From Candidatus Woesearchaeota archaeon (GTDB lineage: Archaea; Nanobdellota; Nanobdellia; Pacearchaeales; GW2011-AR1): 39,940 bases of DNA. Shown here one piece after another: positions 33,048 through 39,940 of this stretch (its first letter is position 1; each line of letters begins with the position of its first letter). The notes beneath the pieces are model-generated. The model saw only the letters and a list, made by a program, of their open reading frames with translations. It did no database searches and had not been told where the DNA came from. Position numbers and translations under genes: made by a program. The stretch covers positions 1 to 39,940 of the forward strand of contig CAZJEV010000001.1 in assembly GCA_964545215.1 (NCBI GenBank), given 5' to 3'.

Positions 33048-34331
33048 TTACACTTCAAGAAGCCACTTGCTAACAGGTTTTACCTTTATGGACTTGCCAT
33101 TTATTTTCTCTTCTTTTTCCTCATGCATAGTAAGCAATAAAAGATTATTGCACTTAAACTCATCACTAGCTTTAATTAGTACTTTTAATTCTCTGTCCCT
33201 AGTCATAAAGTTTTCAGCATCATAACAGACTTGAATGAGCTGGATAACTTTCTTTCCCTTCTTTACAACAAAATCAACTTCTTCCTTAAGAGAATTTTGA
33301 TAATAAGCTATGTCCTTATTTCTGCGCACAAGTTCCAGGAAAACAAGATTCTCAAGCAATCTTCCTTTATCATCAATACCATTCATAGTTAAAAGTCCAT
33401 TATCAATAAAATATACCTTAGGCAAAGATTGCTCACTTTTTTTGTAAGATAAACTATACTTCCTAAGAAGAAAAACAAAGAAGGCATCATTTAATAGGTC
33501 AACATATTTATATAGTAAGTTCTTGCTTATCTTGATTCCCTGAGATTTAATAAAATTATAGAATTTATGTATTGAGAATTCTTTGGCTGTTAATAGCGCG
33601 CTTATAAGCGTCTTTAATGCTTTGGTATTTCTTATCTTTCCTCGTTCAATTACATCTTTGTATATAGCAGTATCATAAATATCTTTAATTATTTTATCCT
33701 TCTCTACGCTGTATATTGCTGTTTCTGGATATCCTCCAGAGACAAGATATTCTTCAAATAATTTGCTAAGAATTGATTTTTCGCTTGAAGAATAAAATTT
33801 CTTTATCTTGAAATCCTTTGCTGATAAGTATTCTCTAAAAGAAAATGGATAAATATGATAAGAAATATTTCTTCCACGCATGCTAGTAGCTATCTCCTTG
33901 CTTAATAATTTTGAACTTGAGCCTGATAAAAATACAGCTATTTCCTCATCTAAACAACTTCTGACAAAATGCTCCCATCCTGCAACATTCTGTATTTCGT
34001 CTAGAAAGAGCCATACTTTCTCTCCTTTATTTTCAGGGTGCAATTCATAATATGTTTCAAGCATCTTTACTAAGTCATTAGAAGTAATGTCTCCTAGATC
34101 TGCTCTTTCAAAATTAATATAAAGAACCTTGTCAATCCCATATTTTTCTCTTATTTGATTTATCAAAAAGAACATTTCATATGTCTTTCCAGCCCGTCTT
34201 GGCCCAATAATGGAGACCGCCCGCTTCATGTCTTCTGCTAGCTTTATTACTTGCTCTCTTGGAATTATTAAAGGCATTTTCTTTTCTTGAAAATCCTTGA
34301 TTATTTCTGCCCATTTTTCCTTAGTTATCAT
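33048..34331 (-). CDS. AAA+ ATPase of the COG1373 type (AAA domain plus DUF4143)
   Basis: Walker A IIGPRRAGKT and Walker B LFLDEIQNV. The C-terminal region follows the DUF4143-type pattern common in archaea. Confidence 0.8.
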   Translation of the reverse strand: MITKEKWAEIIKDFQEKKMPLIIPREQVIKLAEDMKRAVSIIGPRRAGKTYEMFFLINQIREKYGIDKVLYINFERADLGDITSNDLVKMLETYYELHPENKGEKVWLFLDEIQNVAGWEHFVRSCLDEEIAVFLSGSSSKLLSKEIATSMRGRNISYHIYPFSFREYLSAKDFKIKKFYSSSEKSILSKLFEEYLVSGGYPETAIYSVEKDKIIKDIYDTAIYKDVIERGKIRNTKALKTLISALLTAKEFSIHKFYNFIKSQGIKISKNLLYKYVDLLNDAFFVFLLRKYSLSYKKSEQSLPKVYFIDNGLLTMNGIDDKGRLLENLVFLELVRRNKDIAYYQNSLKEEVDFVVKKGKKVIQLIQVCYDAENFMTRDRELKVLIKASDEFKCNNLLLLTMHEEKEEKINGKSIKVKPVSKWLLEV

Positions 34332-34662
34332 AGTATTATATAAGAGGAAACTATTTATAAATGTTTCTCTTTATAGGAAGAAACTATTTTACATGCTTTT
34401 CTCCAAGCAATTGTTAGACTTTTGCCTTGATTAGAGAAGACTATACTATAATATCGTATAGTTTTAATATTTTCTTTACGATGCTATCATAAAGTATAGA
34501 AAAGTATTATTAAATCTATAGAGGTTCTTAAAGAAGAACTTTATTCTCATTTTACTGTTATAAGCGATTATAGAGTGAGATCAAGAAGTTTATAATCAGA
34601 AATCACCAAGTTTCTTCTGCTCTTTGCTTGCTAAATTTATAAATAGAAAGATTTAAATAATA

Positions 34663-34684
34663 CATGTAATATTTGTATTACATG
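34663..34684. promoter_or_regulatory. 9-bp inverted repeat spanning TSS/start of vapB-like gene (candidate operator)
   Basis: CATGTAATA (34663-34671) pairs with TATTACATG (34676-34684). The right arm contains ATG 34682, and the TATA-like TTTAAATA lies at 34652-34659. Confidence 0.4.
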
Positions 34685-34936
34685 ACAGACACAACTATTT
34701 CGGTAAGAATAGACAAAAGCCTAAGAGAGAAAATGAAAGCATTGGATTATATTAATTGGAGTGCTATTTTAAGAAAAGCAATAATTAGGCAGATAGAAGA
34801 AAATAGGCAGAAAAACAGGGAAAAAATGAGAAAAGCTTCAGAATCAATGGACAAAATAAGGGCGTCGGGAGTCTTTAATGAAGGCAAAACAGGAACAGAA
34901 ATTATAAGGGAATGGAGAGACAAGCGAAGATTTTAG
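34682..34936 (+). CDS. vapB: VapB-type RHH antitoxin
   Basis: TTISVRIDKSLREKMKAL..INWSAILRKAI has an RHH pattern and overlaps the downstream PIN gene. Confidence 0.65.
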   Translation: MTDTTISVRIDKSLREKMKALDYINWSAILRKAIIRQIEENRQKNREKMRKASESMDKIRASGVFNEGKTGTEIIREWRDKRRF

Positions 34937-35322
34937 ATGCTTCTGTAATAGTAAAATGGTTTGCTGAAGAGATTTCAACTGATAAAGCCCTAAAATTAAA
35001 AGAGGAATATCTATCTGAAAAGATTGATATTATTATTCCTGAATTTGCTTTTCTAGAGGTTTTAAATTCATTAAGATATAAGAAAAATAATGAACGAGGC
35101 CTATTAAAGATAAGCAAAGACTTATTCAATATAGATTTCAAAGTAGAAAAGATTAATGAAATAATACTTAATAAAGCTGTCAGCATTTCAATGCAGTATA
35201 ACATAACAATTTATGATTCGGTTTACATAGCGCTTTCTCAGATTTATGGCTGTCCTTTAATAACTGCAGATAAGGAATTATATAATATTCCAAATATAAT
35301 TCCTTTGGAAAAATATGATTAA
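34912..35322 (+). CDS. vapC: PIN-domain toxin VapC
   Basis: ILDASVIVKWF.., ..TIYDSVYIAL.., ..LITADKELY with the PIN acidic residues. Confidence 0.8.
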   Translation: MERQAKILDASVIVKWFAEEISTDKALKLKEEYLSEKIDIIIPEFAFLEVLNSLRYKKNNERGLLKISKDLFNIDFKVEKINEIILNKAVSISMQYNITIYDSVYIALSQIYGCPLITADKELYNIPNIIPLEKYD

Positions 35323-35456
35323 TTATAGAAAGCTTTAAATTCTGGCATTAAGAGGTATTTTAGAGGTAGTGGGCCTCAGACTGAATTCTGAGAAAATAAC
35401 AATGGAAGAACAAAATATACCTGTATTTACACTGATCAAATTAGCAGATAAAATAA

Positions 35457-36125
35457 CTAAAAATCCCCTAATTTCTTCTGCTGTTTTTCAGCCAGGTGAG
35501 CCTGCCAAGTAGCCCAGGTTTTCCTGAAAAGTCCGGAGTCTTGCAATTCTGTTCCATATTTCTTTAAAAATTCTTGGGTAACAGGATCATGGACATAACC
35601 AGAGCCGAAATCTCCAAATTTCTGATGGATTTCAGCAATTGAATCTTCTCTAGCACATTTGGCTAAAATAGATGCTGCTGAGACGGCTGGATAATTAATA
35701 TCCGCCTTATGCTCACATCTGATTTCAAGATTTTTATTTTTTATGTGGGCTAAAAGCACTGCTTTCCATGCAGCAGTATTAGGGCTTGGACAGTCAACAA
35801 TAACTTTAATTGGCTCATTTTGGCCTTTAATTAAATAATTTATTATTTCTGCGGTTTTTATGGCTTCTAAAGTATTAAGATTTACTCCTTTGTTTAAGGA
35901 AAGGTCTATTTGCTCTGGAGTTGAGGAAACAATATGATACGCAATACAAATATCTTTAATTAATCCTGAAAGCTTTACTCTCTTTGGATGCAAAACTTGC
36001 TTTGAATCTTTTACTCCCTCATGTTTCAAATAATCTTGGTCTTTTTCTTTTATCAAGACTCCAGCTAAAAACATTGGGCCTATTAAGGGGCCCCTTCCAG
36101 AATCGTCAATTCCTAAAATCAGCAT
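35457..36125 (-). CDS. rnhB: Ribonuclease HII
   Basis: LILGIDDSGRGPLIGPMFLAGV, DSK and AASILAK motifs. Confidence 0.93.
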   Translation of the reverse strand: MLILGIDDSGRGPLIGPMFLAGVLIKEKDQDYLKHEGVKDSKQVLHPKRVKLSGLIKDICIAYHIVSSTPEQIDLSLNKGVNLNTLEAIKTAEIINYLIKGQNEPIKVIVDCPSPNTAAWKAVLLAHIKNKNLEIRCEHKADINYPAVSAASILAKCAREDSIAEIHQKFGDFGSGYVHDPVTQEFLKKYGTELQDSGLFRKTWATWQAHLAEKQQKKLGDF

Positions 36126-36199
36126 AAATATATGTAAAATTACTGGTATAAAAATATTATTAATTTTTTAGGCTGTTAGAAAATTTCAATAACAAAAGA

Positions 36200-36207
36200 T
36201 TTATATA
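36200..36207 (+). promoter_or_regulatory. TATA-like octamer, 29 nt upstream of ATG 36229
   Basis: TTTATATA. Confidence 0.45.
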
Positions 36208-36228
36208 TCTATTTATTAAATAAAAGGA

Positions 36229-36978
36229 ATGAGTGATGAAGAAACAATAACGATAAGAAAAGAAAGCTTGTGGAAATATTCTACTTTTATTCTGATTGCA
36301 ATATTAATTGTTGGAGCTTTTATTTTTTTCGGCAAGAGCAATTCAATTTTAGGCAAGAGCAACTCAAATTCAGGAGGAGCTGCAGGACAAGTTATTCAAG
36401 GTCCGACAGAAAGAACAGAAGTAAGTGAAGATGACGATGCAGTTCTCGGAAACAAAGACGCGCCAGTTACAATAATTGAATTTTCAGATTACCAATGCCC
36501 GTTCTGCAGAAAATTCTGGACAGAAACCTTGCCGGAATTAAAAGAAAATTATATTGATACTGGAAAAGTTAAATTAGTTTATAGAGACTTCCCAATAGAC
36601 AGTCTTCATCCAAGTGCAGCCCCGGCAGCAATTGCAGCTGAATGTGTAAGAGAAAAAGAGGGAGACGAAGCTTACTTCAAATATCACGATAAAATCTTTG
36701 AAGAGCAGAATATACTTGATTCGGGAAGTAAAGAAGGCCCTGTAACAAAAACAGTTACATTTACAAATAATGATTTAAAAGCATGGGCAAAAGAAATTGG
36801 ATATGACATTTCATCATGCTTAGATTCTAACAAATTCAAGAATGAAGTCCAAGAAGATTTTCAGGACGGAGCAAATTCAGGAGTTCAAGGAACGCCGGGA
36901 TTCTTTATAAATGGCAGACTCCTTTCGGGAGCACAGCCCTACTCTGTTTTTGAGCAGGCCATAGAAGCTGAACTTTAG
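36229..36978 (+). CDS. Membrane-anchored DsbA-like thiol:disulfide oxidoreductase
   Basis: N-terminal TM segment and the thioredoxin-fold active site FSDYQCPFCRKF (CxxC). GTPGFFING is present near the C-terminus. Confidence 0.85.
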   Translation: MSDEETITIRKESLWKYSTFILIAILIVGAFIFFGKSNSILGKSNSNSGGAAGQVIQGPTERTEVSEDDDAVLGNKDAPVTIIEFSDYQCPFCRKFWTETLPELKENYIDTGKVKLVYRDFPIDSLHPSAAPAAIAAECVREKEGDEAYFKYHDKIFEEQNILDSGSKEGPVTKTVTFTNNDLKAWAKEIGYDISSCLDSNKFKNEVQEDFQDGANSGVQGTPGFFINGRLLSGAQPYSVFEQAIEAEL

Positions 36979-36990
36979 TAAGTTCAGCTT
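36965..36990 (+). terminator. Perfect 11-bp hairpin spanning the dsbA-like stop codon, followed by T-rich tract
   Basis: AAGCTGAACTT-TAGT-AAGTTCAGCTT followed by AATTTTATTT. Confidence 0.45.
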
Positions 36991-37053
36991 AATTTTATTT
37001 GGTGATTGATGAATTTTACCAAGATTTAAAAGCTTATACAAATTAAAAGTGTA

Positions 37054-37686
37054 ATGGCGGAGAAAGTTAGATGCGAGATTTGCAACAGGAATTTTAAAAA
37101 TGCCGAAGGATTGGCGCAGCATAATGCAGCTATTCACGCCAAAAGCGCTCCGGAGAGTGAAATTTTAAAACCTAAAATAAGCAAAAGAAAAGTAAAAAAT
37201 CTTGCAATCTTCTTTATAGCACTTATAATTATAGCCGCATTATTTGTCTGGCTTATTAGAGGATATATGAACGAAAGCAGGGAGTGCAAGACAATGCCTG
37301 CTGAGAAGATAAATATAGGCGGTCATCAAAACCTAAAGCTTCATATTCATTCTAAATTGGAAATTTTAATTAATGGGAAAAAAGAGGCAATTCCAGCTAA
37401 TATAGGGGTATTGCCCGGAACATTAAGACCTATTCATACTCATGACACATCTGGAGAAATTCATATTGAGGGGCCTTGTCAGAGAGACTTCACATTAGGA
37501 GATTTTTTTAAAATCTGGAACAAGCAATTCAATAGAGAGTGTATTTTTGAGCATTGTGCAAATAACGGCTCTCTGGAATTTAAAGTGAACGGGCTTTCTA
37601 ACAGCGATTTCCAGGATTATAAAATGAAAAACGAAGATATTATTTCAATAATATACAATTCTAGTTTAATTCAAAATGGAAAATAA
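37054..37686 (+). CDS. Membrane protein with cytoplasmic N-terminal C2H2 zinc finger and Cys-containing extracytoplasmic domain
   Basis: CEICNRNFKNAEGLAQHNAAIH fits C-x2-C-x12-H-x4-H. One TM segment is followed by a domain with 4 Cys and HTHDTSGEIHIEGP. TTTAAAAG lies 29 nt upstream. Confidence 0.6.
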   Translation: MAEKVRCEICNRNFKNAEGLAQHNAAIHAKSAPESEILKPKISKRKVKNLAIFFIALIIIAALFVWLIRGYMNESRECKTMPAEKINIGGHQNLKLHIHSKLEILINGKKEAIPANIGVLPGTLRPIHTHDTSGEIHIEGPCQRDFTLGDFFKIWNKQFNRECIFEHCANNGSLEFKVNGLSNSDFQDYKMKNEDIISIIYNSSLIQNGK

Positions 37687-38164
37687 AAATGTCGGATGGC
37701 TAATTTTAGGAATTTCCGCGGTTGTAATAATAATGGTCTTCTTATTTAATCAAGCTATGTTGAATATTGTAAATAACTGCCCAACAGTCCAGTTAGGATA
37801 TGAATGCCCTGCGCATGGAACAGTAAAGCAGCAGACTTATTTGTCATTAGCAATTGTTGGGATTTTAATAATTATAGGCCTTATGCTGATATTTTCAAAG
37901 CCAAAAGAAAAAATAGTATTTAAAAAAATAAAAGAAAATGATAAAAATGAAAAAAAGAATATTGATATCTCTCAATTAACATCGGAAGAAAAAGCAGTTT
38001 TAAAGCTCATACAGGAAAATAAGGCCATTTTCCAGGCAGATTTGATTGAAAAGCTTGGATTTCCAAAAGCCAAAGTTACAAGGATTCTTGACAGATTAGA
38101 AGGTCAAGGAATTGTTGAAAGAAAAAGAAGAGGGATGACTAATGTAGTAGTTTTGAAGGACTAA
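37676..38164 (+). CDS. Membrane-tethered MarR/wHTH-type regulator
   Basis: Two TM segments flank a Cys pair (NNCPTVQLGYECPAHG). The C-terminus is a wHTH: LTSEEKAVLKLIQENKAIFQADLIEKLGFPKAKVTRILDRLEGQGIVERK. Confidence 0.65.
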   Translation: MENKNVGWLILGISAVVIIMVFLFNQAMLNIVNNCPTVQLGYECPAHGTVKQQTYLSLAIVGILIIIGLMLIFSKPKEKIVFKKIKENDKNEKKNIDISQLTSEEKAVLKLIQENKAIFQADLIEKLGFPKAKVTRILDRLEGQGIVERKRRGMTNVVVLKD

Positions 38165-38176
38165 TTATTTATCCCA

Positions 38177-38818
38177 CTATTGCTTTTGCCATTTTTCTTT
38201 TGTAATTAAGTATATAACATATAAAACAAAAATAATTAATAAAGCTGTTAATATTATATTTAAATAAGGCTCAATTGCGCTTCCAAGAAATGAAAGCAAA
38301 AATACAATAGGAATCATTCCTAAAAAGGTTGCAATGGCAAACCATGACGCTCTTAATTTTGTCAAGCCGGCAAGATAGCTGACAACATCAAAAGAAACCT
38401 GGGGCATCAATCTTGTCAGAAAAACAAGGTAAGCTATATTGATGTCATTCCTGCCTTCAATTTTTTTATACCAATGATGCCCTTCATAATATCTTGAAAG
38501 AGAATTGCGAAGCAAAAATCTTGCTATAAGAAAAGCAATTATGGCGCCAAGAGTTGCAAAAATTAATGTATACAGCATCCCAAGCCATGGGCCAAACAAG
38601 CTTCCTGCCAAAATGACAAGAGGAGAAGCAGGAATCGGAGCAATTAGAATCGCAATAATCATCAAAAGGCCGTAAATTAAAGGCCCGTAAAAGCCGGAGC
38701 TTTCAATAAAAGTTCTGGCATTATCATAATATGATAATATTTTCTGAAAATTTAATAAAATAATCAGGAAAAAAATAACAAGCAGGATTATTTTTATTAT
38801 ATTTTTGTTCAATTTCAT
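38177..38818 (-). CDS. DedA/TVP38 (SNARE-associated, VTT domain) membrane protein
   Basis: PIPASPLVILAGSLFGPWLGMLYTLIFATLGAIIAFLIARFL and multiple TM segments. Confidence 0.8.
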   Translation of the reverse strand: MKLNKNIIKIILLVIFFLIILLNFQKILSYYDNARTFIESSGFYGPLIYGLLMIIAILIAPIPASPLVILAGSLFGPWLGMLYTLIFATLGAIIAFLIARFLLRNSLSRYYEGHHWYKKIEGRNDINIAYLVFLTRLMPQVSFDVVSYLAGLTKLRASWFAIATFLGMIPIVFLLSFLGSAIEPYLNIILTALLIIFVLYVIYLITKEKWQKQ

Positions 38819-38998
38819 CTTATTTAAAAGAAAAGAAGATTAATAAATCTAACATCCTGAATAGTGCGTAATTTGATTTTGTTAAGCCGGCGGGTGATGA
38901 AATAATAGTTTACTGATAATAAATATGGCTTATCTTCAACCTCTTCATTTATAAGTTCAGCCTATTACTTTTAAGTTAACAGAATCCCTGATTTATCT

Positions 38999-39544
38999 TT
39001 ATTCTTTTAATTCTGTTAATGACAAAATAAATAACGTTAGAAAAACTGTAAATGACATTATTGGTATTGTTATATAGCCGTAATTCAAAAAGAAAGTTTG
39101 TAAGCATGAAACAGAATATCCTACAATAGAGCAGGCAAAACTATGTGTTTTTGTAATTTGAAGATAATAATGAAATCCAGAAATTAATATGCCTATTGCA
39201 GATAGAGTAAGAATATATTTGGCAATTGAATTATCTTTTTTGAATAAAGCGATGGAAAAAATGATAACTTGCGGGTATAATAAAATCCTTTGATACCAGC
39301 ATAATCTGCATGGCTCATATCCTAAAACTTCAGAATAATATAAACTGCCTAAAGTTCCTATCAAAGTAAAAATTAACCCAAAAAGAAGATAATTATCGGA
39401 TAAAAAATAATTTATTTTTCTTCCTAAATTTGACTTTGCTTTTAAGATAAATTTCTCGTATAAAAGAAGAATTAAATATAAAATTATAATTATATCCAGA
39501 ATTAGAGTTAAGAAGCTCAAGATTGGCGTGATTGTATATACCAT
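38999..39544 (-). CDS. DsbB/BdbC-family disulfide bond formation protein
   Basis: Four TM segments. The first loop has EPCRLCWYQRILLYP (the CxxC in the BdbC-like pattern) and the second loop has a Cys pair, FACSIVGYSVSC. Confidence 0.75.
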   Translation of the reverse strand: MVYTITPILSFLTLILDIIIILYLILLLYEKFILKAKSNLGRKINYFLSDNYLLFGLIFTLIGTLGSLYYSEVLGYEPCRLCWYQRILLYPQVIIFSIALFKKDNSIAKYILTLSAIGILISGFHYYLQITKTHSFACSIVGYSVSCLQTFFLNYGYITIPIMSFTVFLTLFILSLTELKE

Positions 39545-39603
39545 TTTACTTTATGGAAAATAAGATATAAAAGGCATTTTGTGAAACCAGTTTCATAGTA
39601 GGA

Positions 39604-39611
39604 TTTAAATA
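39604..39611 (+). promoter_or_regulatory. TATA-like octamer, 29 nt upstream of ATG 39633
   Basis: TTTAAATA. Confidence 0.45.
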
Positions 39612-39632
39612 GTAAAAACAAGAAAGAGATTT

Positions 39633-39940
39633 ATGTCATTTCATGAATTTATTAAAGAATTAAACGGGAAAAGAGTGGAGGGAGAGCTAATTAAAACAAT
39701 ATTTTATTCCTTATTGACAAGCTTTCTATTCCTGGGCATTTTGTATTTTTTTAAATTAAAAAACATAGATGGTTTTACGAATAAGTATGGGTTTCATCTT
39801 CTCTTTGCCTCATTAAGCTATTCTTTAATAACTCCTGCTTTAAGGCAAATAAGGGCTTATAAAGAATTTCCTTGCATGTCTGGAATGATGATTGGCATGA
39901 CAACAGGAATGATAGCGGGATTCCTGCCTAGTTTATATTT
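39633..39940 (+). CDS. Membrane protein, 3' end outside the window (not in ORF track)
   Basis: The frame is open from ATG 39633 to the window edge (102 codons, no stop) with hydrophobic segments (IFYSLLTSFLFLGILYFF, MMIGMTTGMIAGFL). A promoter-like box lies at the canonical spacing. Confidence 0.45.
   Translation, partial: MSFHEFIKELNGKRVEGELIKTIFYSLLTSFLFLGILYFFKLKNIDGFTNKYGFHLLFASLSYSLITPALRQIRAYKEFPCMSGMMIGMTTGMIAGFLPSLY

Noticed and set aside
35375-35392. A hairpin (CTCAGA-CTGAAT-TCTGAG) in a relatively GC-rich patch between the convergent vapC and rnhB genes, considered as a tRNA anticodon arm.
   Set aside because: No acceptor stem, D arm or T-arm (GGTTCRA-type) sequence can be built around it. 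It is more likely a simple intergenic hairpin or terminator.

Overview
AT-rich (roughly one-third GC by eye) archaeal chromosomal segment, most consistent with a small-genome DPANN-type archaeon. The taxon is an inference from archaeal-type uS12, uS7, aEF-2, aEF-1alpha and DnaG. Housekeeping backbone: a broken-up str operon (uS12, an extra 78-aa ORF, uS7, aEF-2, then 3.8 kb of accessory genes, then aEF-1alpha, with no S10 after it). It also holds DnaG primase, an Nfo-like AP endonuclease, a surface protein, an SMC-family ATPase, stand-alone LigD-type phosphoesterase and primase-polymerase genes, RNase HII and a DsbA/DsbB disulfide cluster. Accessory material is interleaved: six toxin-antitoxin-type modules (two VapBC, HEPN/MNT, a RelE-like pair, a start-less RelE/ParE remnant, DUF433 plus RHH), a decayed DNA methyltransferase, four HExxH proteins, a protein with a bacterial sigma-70 region-4-like HTH, and a 95-nt double-hairpin repeat present twice. 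I found no rRNA, tRNA or CRISPR array. The best candidate for an undescribed system is a translationally coupled four-gene cassette at 26132-29838: an unlisted 45-aa RHH ORF, a 748-aa protein, an HExxH protein and a small Cys-pair protein. None of the three larger proteins is assignable to a family by eye, and the cassette sits between TA modules. Other notable points: the HEPN/MNT cassette is bracketed by a 26-bp direct repeat in the smc 3' end and leaves a displaced alternative SMC tail. The SMC has a Rad50-like CPLC hook at its exact midpoint instead of a hinge. A TATA-like octamer lies at a near-constant 28-32 nt (mostly 29) upstream of about two dozen start codons, which implies leaderless mRNAs. 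All family calls rest on motif recognition by eye, since no searches could be run.
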